Source: Paraconexibacter sp.
Lineage (GTDB): Bacteria; Actinomycetota; Thermoleophilia; Solirubrobacterales; Solirubrobacteraceae
Reading direction: 5' to 3'
Length of the DNA stretch: 44,032 bases
Assembly: GCF_041602235.1 (NCBI RefSeq)
Contig: NZ_JBFIGP010000001.1
Span: forward strand, 1-44,032
Shown here: one piece after another, positions 26,856-38,031 of the stretch
Layout of the letters: the number at the start of each line of letters is the position of its first letter
Numbering within the stretch: position 1 is the stretch's first letter
The notes under the pieces: model-generated
The model's input: the letters and a program-made list of their open reading frames with translations, nothing else
What the model was told of the DNA's origin: nothing
The model's database searches: none
Translations under genes and position numbers: made by a program

Positions 26856-27839
26856 GTGAGCGCCTCCGAGGACGACACCGCCGGTGAAGCGGGCCCGGCC
26901 GACCCCGGGACCCACGACCACCCCGAGGGCGACCTCGCGCTGCGGCCCCTCCTGCTGCGCACGGTCAAGAGCTACCAGTCGCACAGCATGACCGACCACG
27001 CGGCCTCGCTGACGTACTTCGCGATGATGTCCCTGTTCCCGTCGCTGCTGGCGGGGATCGCGATCCTGTCGCTCGTGGGCGAGGCGTCACTCGCCCAGCG
27101 CGCCGCCACGTACCTGATCGAGAACGGGGCTGATCCCTCGACGGCCACGGTCGTCCGCGACACGCTCTCCAACATGATCGAGACGAGCAGCGGCGCCGCC
27201 GGGTTCGCGCTGCTGCTGTCGTTCGCGCTGGCGCTGAACGGGGCATCCGGCGCGTTCGGTGCCGCCGGCCGCGCCCTGAACGTGGCCTTCGCGGCCGACG
27301 AGGACCGGGGCTTCGTGCGCCGCAAGCTCCAGGACATCACGATGGCGCTCGTCGTGATCACGCTGTTCGCCGTCGTGGTCATCGCGATCTTCCTCGGCGG
27401 CCAGATCGCCGACGACCTGTTCGGCACGATCGGGCTCGGGGAGACCGCCGCGGGGGTATGGGGCATCGCGCGGTTCCCGGTCGCGCTCGCCGCCGCGATG
27501 CTCGCCTACTCGGTGATCTACCGTTTCGCGCCCTCGACCCAGCACCGGCGGTGGCGGTGGATCACGGCGGGGTCGGCCACCGGCGTCGGCATCTGGATCG
27601 CGGCCTCGATCGGCTTCGCGATCTACATCCGCAACTTCTCGAGCTTCGGCGCGGCGTACGGGGCGTTCGGCGCCGCGATCGTCCTGCTGCTCTGGCTCTA
27701 CCTGTCGGCCAACGCCTTCTTGTTCGGCGCGGAGCTCAACGCGACGATCGAGCGGGCGCGGGCGGCCGGGCACGGTGGACCGCCCCCGCCCATGGCGGGG
27801 GCGCCGCTGGAGAGCGCGCCCGAACGACAGGACGCCTGA
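26856..27839 (+). CDS. YihY/BrkB family membrane protein
   Basis: AASLTYFAMMSLFP, ALNVAF, YRFAP and YGAFGAAIVLLLWLYLS...GAELNA. Confidence 0.93.
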   Translation: MSASEDDTAGEAGPADPGTHDHPEGDLALRPLLLRTVKSYQSHSMTDHAASLTYFAMMSLFPSLLAGIAILSLVGEASLAQRAATYLIENGADPSTATVVRDTLSNMIETSSGAAGFALLLSFALALNGASGAFGAAGRALNVAFAADEDRGFVRRKLQDITMALVVITLFAVVVIAIFLGGQIADDLFGTIGLGETAAGVWGIARFPVALAAAMLAYSVIYRFAPSTQHRRWRWITAGSATGVGIWIAASIGFAIYIRNFSSFGAAYGAFGAAIVLLLWLYLSANAFLFGAELNATIERARAAGHGGPPPPMAGAPLESAPERQDA

Positions 27840-27845
27840 GCGGAC

Positions 27846-30800
27846 TCAGAAGAGCGAGGTCTGGCCGTCCGGGTCATGCCGGGGTGGCGCGTCCGGATCC
27901 GCCCGGGTCTGCTCGACAGGCACCGGGCACAGCCCTCCCCGCCCCGGACAGCCCGCGCAGACCCGGCGGTTCGGCTCGGCCGTGGGCCGGAAGTCGCGGG
28001 CGAGGATCCCTGCCGCCCGCCCGCGTAGCTGTGTCCGCAGGCGCTCCGCATCGTCCACCGTGAACGTCGCCACCGCAGGTTCCTCGGGGCGATCCAGATA
28101 CAGATGTGCGACGTCCACGCGCTGGGCCCCGGCCGACAACGCGGCGAGCGCGTAGATCGTGCGCTGGATGCCGTAGCCGGCGGCGACCACCGGTTCCAGC
28201 TCCGTCTCGGGCGCGAGGCGGTCGGTCTTGTAGTCGACGACGAGCACGGTGTCCCCCGCCTCCTCGGCCACGAGGTCGACGACGCCCAGGAGCACGGGGA
28301 CCGACGCGTCGTCGCGCTCGAGCGGGATCGTGAACGTCGCCTCGGTGCGAACGCGGCGGGCCGCGCGGACCCGGTCCATCAGCGGCGTCCGGAGCGCGCG
28401 CGCCACGTACTGCGTCAACGTCCTGGCCTCGTCGTCGGTGACCCGGACCTCGAACTCGCGCGCCGCGTCGAGGACCTCCTGAGCGGCCGGTCCGGGACCG
28501 GTGAGGTCGTGGAGCTCCAGCACGCGGTGCACGATCGCCCCGCGTGCCCGGGCGTCGAGCCCTTCCGCGGCACGCCCCTGGACCGGGCGGTCGCGCTCGC
28601 GCAGCCCGCCGATCTTCTCCAGGTGGAAGCGCAGCCCGCAGCGTTCGTAGCGCGAGAGGGACGAGTAGGAGAGGTGCTCGACCGCGGGCGCGGGCGACGG
28701 GGTCTCGGAGACCGCGACCGTGTCGAGCACCGGCCGCAGGGCCGCGAACGGGTCCGCGTCGGGGTCCAGGTCGTGGTCGGAGCCGTCGACGGGACGCTGG
28801 CCGACCGACGGCAGCACCCCCGCCACGTCGCGCTCGTCCAGCCAGCGGACCTCGACGCGGACCGGGGCGTCGGCGGCGGCGCCGACGATCATGCGACCGT
28901 CGGCCCGAAGCACCGCGGGCGGCTGCGACACGCCCAGCACGCCCTCCGCGACCCACGTCGACGGCCGCCCTTTCTCGAAGGTGCCGTCCTTCTGGGCCAG
29001 CTTGACCACGGCGGACATCACGAGCCGGTTCTCCGCCCGGGTAAGCGCGACGTGCAGGATGCGACGCTCCTCCGCCTCGGCCGCCGCGACGCGCTCGGCG
29101 TCGAGCTCGGCGAACGCGAAGGCCTTCACGCTGTGGAGACCGTGGCGGGGGACCCGCAGCCCGACCCGGTCACCGTCGGAGAGGACGTCCGGGCCCGAGG
29201 CCGGAGGAACGCGCTCGAGGTCGCAGGCGACGACGACGGGGAACTGCAGGCCCTTGGCGGCGTGGACGGTCATCAGCCGGACCGCCGGGACACCCGGGAG
29301 CTCGACCGGGGCCTCCGGCTCCCGTGCCTTGGCCTCCGCCTCCTCACGCGCACGGTCGATGAACGACCGCAGGTCACGCCCGACCAGCGTCTCGTGCTCG
29401 GCCGCCAGCCGCATCAGCTTGTGCACGTTGGCCAGCCGGCGCGGCCCTCCCGGGAGGGCGAGGACGTGCCGGTCGTACCCGGTCCGCGCGACCACGCGCT
29501 CGATGAGCTCGTCGAGGGCCAGCCACGGCAGCCGGTCGCGGGTCTCCGCGAAGTGGGCCACGAACGCCGTCAGCACCCCGAGGGCCTCCGCGGAGAGCCG
29601 TTCCCGGAGCTCGGCGACCAGCGGCCCCTCCGCGCCGTCGGCGCAAGCGTCCTGGAGCAGCCGCCACACGTCACCCCCGGTCCGACGGCGGGCGACGGAG
29701 GAGATGATCGCGAGCCCGTCCGCATCGACGCCGACCAGCGGCGAGGCGAGCGCCGAGAGCATCGCGTGGCCGTCCCGCGGGTTGGCGAGCGCCGCCAGCC
29801 ACGCCGTCAGGTCCTGCACCTGCTGGCGCAGCCAGAAGCCGCGGCCGCCGGACGCCAGCGTGGAGAGACCTTCGAGCTCGAGCGCCCGCTCGTAGACCGG
29901 CATGTCGGTCGCGGCGCGCATGAGCAGCACCACGTCCTGTGGCCGGTGCTGACCGGCATCGACCCCCTCGCGGACCCAGCGGGCGATGGCTCGCGCCTCG
30001 AGCGCCGTGGCCGCGGTGGTCCCCGCCGGCAGGCCGGCGGTCAGGGCCTCGACCTGCCGGGCGGTCTCCTCGTCCGGGTCCTTCCCTGTCGTCGCGTCCA
30101 CCAGCAGCAGGGTGGTGGCGGGAGGCCCCTCGACGGGCGGAGCACCGCGGCCGGCGACCAGGGGCGTGTAGCCCTCGTGCCCGGTCCCGAGTGCGTGGTT
30201 GAGCGTGCTGAGGATCTCGGGCACGGTCCGCCAGTTCGTGCGCAGGAGCGCCTCGGTGCCGGCCGTCCGGTGCCTTGCCTGCGCACGCCGGAACACGCGG
30301 ACGTCGGCGTGCCGGAACCCGTAGATCGACTGCAGGGCGTCGCCGACGACGAACAGGTCCTCGTGACCGAGCAGCTCCAGCAGCTCGAGCTGGCGCGGGT
30401 TCGTGTCCTGGAACTCGTCGACCATCACGCGCCGGAAGCGCCGGGCCAGATCCGCCGCGATCGCCGGGTGGTCCCGCAGGAGGTCACGCGCGAGCAGTTC
30501 GAGGTCGTCGTAGTCCACGCCCGAGCGCGCTGCCTTCGCGTCCTCGTACCGGCTGACGTACCCCCGCAGCAGCGTGTCGAGCAGGGCGTGGTGGGCGACG
30601 GCCTCCTCGTCGACCATCGCCTCCTCGAGCGCGCAGAGCGCGTCGAGATAGCCGAGCGCCGACTCGGTCTTGAGCGCGTTGCCACGCTTGGAGAACCGCA
30701 GCGCGGCGAGGTCCTCGGCGGTCGGAGCCCCGCCACCCGCCAGCAGCTCGGCACACCGCGCGAGCGCGTCACGGGCCGCCTGGACGGAGACGCCGTCCCC

Positions 30801-31469
30801 GGCGCCGGCGAGCTCGGCTAGCAGCTCCGCGCGCGTACGGTCCAGCTCCGCGCAGGCCGCGGGGATCGTGCCACGGGCGACGGGCGCGGCCAGCGTCGGG
30901 AAGCGCTCGCCACGGCTGCGCAGCGCGTCGTGGATCCCGAGGACGGCGCCGGTCAGGCGATCCGCTCCCCAGGTCGCGACCACGGTCAGGGTCTCGGGGT
31001 CGGCGGTGTCGAGCACGGCCGCCAGCGCAGCGTCGAAGGCATCCGCCCGCAGGCCGCGGGCGACCGTCTCGTCGAGCACCTCGAACGCCGGATCGACGCC
31101 CGCCGCCGCGGCGTGGGCGCGCAGCACGCGCATGCAGAAGCCGTGGATCGTCGAGATCCACGCCTGATCGGTCCCGCGAGCGGCCTCCCGTGCCCCGAGC
31201 TCCGACAGCCGGGCGCGGATGCGGTGGCGCAGCTCCCCGGCGGCCTTCTCGGTGAACGTGATCGCCAGGAGCTCCCCGGGCTCCACACCGTCCTCGACGA
31301 CGGCTCGCGCGAAGCGCTCGGCCAGCACCGCGGTCTTCCCGGAGCCCGCGTTGGCGGCCAGGAGCATCGGTCCGGTCCGGCGGGTGACCGCGACGGCCTG
31401 CTCCTCGGTGAAGAGCAGGCCTTCTCGCCCGAGCGGTCGCCCGTCCGCCTCCCGGTAGAGGGCGGTCAT
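27846..31469 (-). CDS. addA: UvrD-type helicase/PD-(D/E)XK nuclease, AddA/AdnAB-like motor subunit
   Basis: ANAGSGKT, ITFTEKAA, STIHGF, VDEFQD, VGDALQSIYGFR, MTVHAAKGLQF and HVALTRA; nuclease GVVD...VVDYKT. The ATG at 31469 overlaps the addB stop. Confidence 0.9.
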   Translation of the reverse strand: MTALYREADGRPLGREGLLFTEEQAVAVTRRTGPMLLAANAGSGKTAVLAERFARAVVEDGVEPGELLAITFTEKAAGELRHRIRARLSELGAREAARGTDQAWISTIHGFCMRVLRAHAAAAGVDPAFEVLDETVARGLRADAFDAALAAVLDTADPETLTVVATWGADRLTGAVLGIHDALRSRGERFPTLAAPVARGTIPAACAELDRTRAELLAELAGAGDGVSVQAARDALARCAELLAGGGAPTAEDLAALRFSKRGNALKTESALGYLDALCALEEAMVDEEAVAHHALLDTLLRGYVSRYEDAKAARSGVDYDDLELLARDLLRDHPAIAADLARRFRRVMVDEFQDTNPRQLELLELLGHEDLFVVGDALQSIYGFRHADVRVFRRAQARHRTAGTEALLRTNWRTVPEILSTLNHALGTGHEGYTPLVAGRGAPPVEGPPATTLLLVDATTGKDPDEETARQVEALTAGLPAGTTAATALEARAIARWVREGVDAGQHRPQDVVLLMRAATDMPVYERALELEGLSTLASGGRGFWLRQQVQDLTAWLAALANPRDGHAMLSALASPLVGVDADGLAIISSVARRRTGGDVWRLLQDACADGAEGPLVAELRERLSAEALGVLTAFVAHFAETRDRLPWLALDELIERVVARTGYDRHVLALPGGPRRLANVHKLMRLAAEHETLVGRDLRSFIDRAREEAEAKAREPEAPVELPGVPAVRLMTVHAAKGLQFPVVVACDLERVPPASGPDVLSDGDRVGLRVPRHGLHSVKAFAFAELDAERVAAAEAEERRILHVALTRAENRLVMSAVVKLAQKDGTFEKGRPSTWVAEGVLGVSQPPAVLRADGRMIVGAAADAPVRVEVRWLDERDVAGVLPSVGQRPVDGSDHDLDPDADPFAALRPVLDTVAVSETPSPAPAVEHLSYSSLSRYERCGLRFHLEKIGGLRERDRPVQGRAAEGLDARARGAIVHRVLELHDLTGPGPAAQEVLDAAREFEVRVTDDEARTLTQYVARALRTPLMDRVRAARRVRTEATFTIPLERDDASVPVLLGVVDLVAEEAGDTVLVVDYKTDRLAPETELEPVVAAGYGIQRTIYALAALSAGAQRVDVAHLYLDRPEEPAVATFTVDDAERLRTQLRGRAAGILARDFRPTAEPNRRVCAGCPGRGGLCPVPVEQTRADPDAPPRHDPDGQTSLF

Positions 31470-34420
31470 CCCTCGCACCGGCAGATCGACGGGTAGGCGC
31501 ATCCGTCCCCGCGGAACCCGCACGTGCCGGGCCGTGCTTCCAGACGCCCGGCGCGGATCTCGTCCACGGCTCGGACCGCCAGGGCGGTGGCGTCCGCGAG
31601 CAGGGTCTCGAACTCCTCCGCCGCAAGGACGTCGGCGGGCCGGGCGACCCCCGTCGCCGCGTCGTCGCGTTCGGCGCCGCGGGCTTGCAGATCGCGCGGC
31701 TTGGAGGTCGGCTGGTAGAAGGCCCCGGCCGGTTCGACGTCGAGCAGGGCCGGCAGTGCCCGTGCGTACAGCGCCACCTGGATGCGCGCGTCGCGCAGCC
31801 ACTCCTGCGCCCCGTAGGCCGTCGTCCCCTTGTAGTCGACGACGACCGCCCGCGCGCCCTCGGGCTCGACGTCCACGCGGTCGATCCGGCCGCTGAGCCG
31901 GAGCCCGGGGGCGATCTCGACCGCCGGGTGCTCGTCCTTCGCCCCGCCGAAGGCCAGCTCGAAGGCGGTAGGGACGTAGCGCCACTCCTCGTCCGCGAGA
32001 TGGTCGACCAGCGCCAGCAGGTCGGCCTCGGCGCGGCGGCGGGCGATGCGGTCGCGTCGAGGGTCGGGCGACAGGCGGTGCTCCGGACCGACGATGTCCA
32101 GTGCCTCGTGCACGAGGCGGCGCGCCTCCGCCCGCCGCGAGGGGACCAGGGGTCCCGGGCGCGCCTGCTGCAACGCCCGGAACACGTGCTCGAGCACGGC
32201 GTGCATCAGGCGCCCCCGGCCCAGCGGCTCGGGCTCCGGCAGCAGGTCGTCGGGCCGCAGCAGCCGGTCGACGAACCACCGCACCGGGCACGCCAGCCAG
32301 GTCTCCAGGCTCGACGCCGACCAGACCTCGCGGGCCGTGAGCTCGGCCAGCACGCCCGGATCGGAAAGCGGCGTGAGGGGCGCGGGGTGCGTGCTCGGCC
32401 CCGCGCCGATCGCCGCCAGCGCCCGCTCGCGGTCGGTCGCCGCCAGCGCACCGGTGAACCCGGCGGCCCCCAGCGGCCGCGTGACCGCACGCTCCAGCGC
32501 CCCCTGCGGGAGCAGGTCGAGGACCTCGTCCAGGAACGGGGAGGGCACCGAGGGGTCACCGCGCTCGTCGGCCGCGTGCCACGACAGCGCCAGCAGGCCC
32601 TCCGGGCGCGATACCGCCGCGTAGAACAGATGGCGCTCCCGGCCCGCGGCATCGTCCGGGCCGGCGATGCGCAGGCCGAGACCGCTCGCCGCGTTGATCG
32701 CCCGCCGCTCCGGGTCGCCGAGCAGCGCGTCGGGCCGGGCGGCGGCCGGGAACGATCCCTCCTGCAGGTCGCAGAGGAACAGGGCACGCACGCGGCGCGC
32801 GCGCAGCGCCAGCGGGTCGGCGACCACGACGCGATCGGCCCCGGGAGGCTCGCCGACGACGACGCGCACATCGGCGAGGGTCCGGGCCAGACCGGTCGGC
32901 GCGGGGACGAGGTCCGGGTCCTCGCCGGCCAGCACCGCGAGCTCCTCCAGGGCGGCGGCGAGCTGGCCGGTCACCCGCGCATCGATGGTGTCCGACGGCG
33001 AGGGCGCGGTCCCGGGTGCGCGCGGCGGCCCGGCGGCCCGCTGACGCTCGAGGACGCGGACCAGGCGCCGGCACAGGGCCGCGCCGCTCTCCTGTGCCGC
33101 GTCGGCGACCTCGTCGAGCTCACGGAGCGCGAACCCGCGCGGTCCGCTCTCCCAGTGGGCGCGGGCCGCGGCGACGTCACGGATCCCGTGCTGCAGCAGA
33201 TGGGCCTCCAGCGCGTCGATGGCATCCGTGGCGCGGACGAACCCTGGCGTGCGCAGCCAGGCGACGAGATCGGCCGCGACGGCGTCCGGCGCGGTCGCCG
33301 CCCGCAGGAGCCCGATCAGCCCCCGGCCGGGTGGCGTGTGGCCGACCGGCACCTCGCGTTCCAGCGACACGGGGACGCCCGCCGCCTCCATGACGCGCTC
33401 CAGGGCGGCAGCGACCGTCTCGGGCCGCCGTACGCCGATCGCGATGTCCGCCGCCGGAAGGCCCTGCCGGAGCAGCGCGCGAACGTGCGCCGCGACGAGC
33501 TCGAGCTCCTCGCGCGCGCCCCCACCGCGGAGGAGCAGCACACCGTCCTGCGACGCGGCCCGCTCCGTGCCGGGCTCGAACAACCCGCGCTCGAGGTGAT
33601 GGAGCACGGTTCGGGCCCCCGGCGCGTAGTGGCCTGCGTTCGCCGGCAGCTCGGTCACCCGGCCCCCGGCGAGCTCGCGCAGGCGCGCGATCGTGCCGTG
33701 ACGCCCGTCGAAGGCGGCCCGCGCGCTGCCCGGCTCGGATGGCAGCGAGACGGTCACCTCGACGCCGCAGCGCACGGCGAGCGCGTCGGCCGCGTCGAGC
33801 TGCAGCGGCGTCAGGTCGTCGAACCCGTACAGCGCCACCGAGCGGCCCCCCCAACGGTCGGGGTCCGCCCGGACGGCGTCCAGCGCTGCCGCCGCGCGGC
33901 CGGCGGCGTCGTGGCGGTCCAGGCGCGCCAGCAGACGGCGGTAGGAGGCATAGCCCGTCGCCAGCGCCGTCGCGTACCCGGCCCGGCCCGGCTCCGCGCG
34001 TGCCCACTGCGCCATCGCGACTTGGACGCGCTGGGGCGTCAGGGCACGCTCCCCGAGCTCGTCGCAGAGGCCCAGGAACGCGCGGATGAAGCCGGGCGCG
34101 GAGGCGAGCGGCGCCAGCGGCCCGAGATCCGCGCGGCGCAGCGCCACCGCCGCCAGCCGTTCGCGGGCGAGGCCGCGTACGGGCTCCCCGCGCAGTCCGG
34201 CGCACTCCGCCAGCATCGCCATGAGCGCCTCGAACCGCACGACCGTGGCGTCGAACACCAGGCCCCGCTCGGCGAGCTCGCGGCGGTACCGCGCGACGTC
34301 GGCGTAGGTCGGGACGACGAGGACCGGCGCCTCACCGCGCCGTGCCGCGGCCTCGAACGCGTCGAGGACGACGGCGGCCTTGCCGGCGTTCGCGGGTCCG
34401 GTGACGAGGTGGAGCGGCAC
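31466..34420 (-). CDS. addB: AddB-like helicase-inactive/PD-(D/E)XK nuclease subunit
   Basis: Degenerate Walker A GPANAGK, YGFDDLTPLQ, ERHLFYAAVSRP, SASSLETWLACP, GRIDRVD...VVDYK and C-terminal cysteines. Start probably GTG 34420. Confidence 0.88.
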   Translation of the reverse strand: MPLHLVTGPANAGKAAVVLDAFEAAARRGEAPVLVVPTYADVARYRRELAERGLVFDATVVRFEALMAMLAECAGLRGEPVRGLARERLAAVALRRADLGPLAPLASAPGFIRAFLGLCDELGERALTPQRVQVAMAQWARAEPGRAGYATALATGYASYRRLLARLDRHDAAGRAAAALDAVRADPDRWGGRSVALYGFDDLTPLQLDAADALAVRCGVEVTVSLPSEPGSARAAFDGRHGTIARLRELAGGRVTELPANAGHYAPGARTVLHHLERGLFEPGTERAASQDGVLLLRGGGAREELELVAAHVRALLRQGLPAADIAIGVRRPETVAAALERVMEAAGVPVSLEREVPVGHTPPGRGLIGLLRAATAPDAVAADLVAWLRTPGFVRATDAIDALEAHLLQHGIRDVAAARAHWESGPRGFALRELDEVADAAQESGAALCRRLVRVLERQRAAGPPRAPGTAPSPSDTIDARVTGQLAAALEELAVLAGEDPDLVPAPTGLARTLADVRVVVGEPPGADRVVVADPLALRARRVRALFLCDLQEGSFPAAARPDALLGDPERRAINAASGLGLRIAGPDDAAGRERHLFYAAVSRPEGLLALSWHAADERGDPSVPSPFLDEVLDLLPQGALERAVTRPLGAAGFTGALAATDRERALAAIGAGPSTHPAPLTPLSDPGVLAELTAREVWSASSLETWLACPVRWFVDRLLRPDDLLPEPEPLGRGRLMHAVLEHVFRALQQARPGPLVPSRRAEARRLVHEALDIVGPEHRLSPDPRRDRIARRRAEADLLALVDHLADEEWRYVPTAFELAFGGAKDEHPAVEIAPGLRLSGRIDRVDVEPEGARAVVVDYKGTTAYGAQEWLRDARIQVALYARALPALLDVEPAGAFYQPTSKPRDLQARGAERDDAATGVARPADVLAAEEFETLLADATALAVRAVDEIRAGRLEARPGTCGFRGDGCAYPSICRCEG

Positions 34421-34486
34421 GACCACCCAGGGTCGCACGCGCCCCCGACGACACCGGCGGCGTGGGCCGCGGTGCGCCGTCCGCGG

Positions 34487-36766
<2,280 letters not shown>

Positions 36767-36823
36767 GGACGGCGGACAGTAGCGCGATGGCGAGCCGCGC
36801 CCCGCGCTCCCCCGGTCAGGCGG

Positions 36824-37972
36824 TCACGGAGCGCAGGGACCGGTGTCGACCTCACCGGAGGCGGACGCCAGCTGCGCGCGGACCAGATCGTTGGGGATGG
36901 CGAACCCGCCCTTCGCCCCTGTCCCCCGCGTCGACGCGAACACCGTCGCGGCCACGCGGCCACGGGCGTCGACGATCGGTCCGCCGGAGTTCCCGGGCCG
37001 CACAAGACCACGGAACGACGTGATCTCGCGGCGGAACGGGCCGCGGCCGTAGGCGTCCGGGGACAGGACCTCCTGCGTGGTGCCCAGGCGCGCGGCGCGG
37101 ACGTCGTACGGGCCGTTGAGCGGGAAGCCGAGGATGGCCCCGGCGCGTCCGCGCGGCGCCTCGGAGGCGATCTCGAGCGGTTCGGCGTCGAGCTGGTCGA
37201 CGCGCAGGACGGCGATGTCGTTGGTGGGGTCGAAGGCGACCGGCGTGGCGTCCAGGCGCTCGCCCTCGCCCCGCACCTGCACGGTGGTGTCCTCCTCCCC
37301 GGCGATCACGTGGGCGTTGGTCACGACGATCCCCGGTTCGGCGACCCAGCCGGTGCCGCTGATCCCCAACCCGCACGCGGTCCCCAGCACGCGCACGATG
37401 CTCGCCGAGGCGGCCTGGACGTCGGGGTCCCGTGCGATCTTCGCCGTCGGCGCCGGCACCTGGGCGGCAGGCCCGTCGATCTGCGGGAACGGGTCGAAGC
37501 GGGCGATCGCGTTCAGCAACGGGCCGGACGGCGGCAGGATCGCGTTGAGCTCCTTGAGGATCGCGGAGCGCTGGATGTCCCTTCGGAGGTCTCCCGCCCC
37601 GGGCGTCTGGAGCGCGACGGCGCCCGCGACCCAGCAGATGCCGAGCGCGACGCAGGCCGACAGCACCGATCCGAGGACGCCGTCGACGGCCGAGAGGCCG
37701 GGGACCCGCAGCGTCCGACGCAACCTCCATCCGAGGCCCTCGAGACCGGTCGAGAGGATGGCGCCGCCCAGCAGCGCCCCGCCGAGCCCGAACATCGGTG
37801 CGTAGGGCGATGCGCTGCCCTCGCTGAGCAGCTTGGGGCCCAGGCGGGTCCCCAGATACGCCCCCAGCACGAACCCGGCCACGGAGAGCGCTCCGACGAC
37901 GAACCCCTGCCGCCAGCCGAAGGCGGCCATCAGGACCGTCAGGACGATGATGATCACGTCGATGGTCGTCAT
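36824..37972 (-). CDS. marP: MarP family serine protease (CvpA membrane domain + trypsin-like domain)
   Basis: N-terminal TM region GWRQGFVVGALS; triad TNAHVI, DIAVL and GNSGGP. Confidence 0.92.
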   Translation of the reverse strand: MTTIDVIIIVLTVLMAAFGWRQGFVVGALSVAGFVLGAYLGTRLGPKLLSEGSASPYAPMFGLGGALLGGAILSTGLEGLGWRLRRTLRVPGLSAVDGVLGSVLSACVALGICWVAGAVALQTPGAGDLRRDIQRSAILKELNAILPPSGPLLNAIARFDPFPQIDGPAAQVPAPTAKIARDPDVQAASASIVRVLGTACGLGISGTGWVAEPGIVVTNAHVIAGEEDTTVQVRGEGERLDATPVAFDPTNDIAVLRVDQLDAEPLEIASEAPRGRAGAILGFPLNGPYDVRAARLGTTQEVLSPDAYGRGPFRREITSFRGLVRPGNSGGPIVDARGRVAATVFASTRGTGAKGGFAIPNDLVRAQLASASGEVDTGPCAP

Positions 37973-38031
37973 GCGCGCAGCAAGCCTACGGAGGTCGGTC
38001 GCCGGGGCCGTCGCCTATGCTCCGCCGCGTC

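Noticed and set aside
31470-32291. N-terminal extension of the addA ORF (also the long upstream extensions of tenA, HAD, tetR, ku, parA, FHA and SRPBCC)
   Set aside because: The extensions overlap real neighbouring genes; coupled starts or -10 spacing identify shorter true starts.
27846-32330. Cas4-like Fe-S nuclease domains suggesting a CRISPR or defence locus
   Set aside because: Both domains are fused to AddAB-type helicase scaffolds; no repeat-spacer array or other cas genes were seen.
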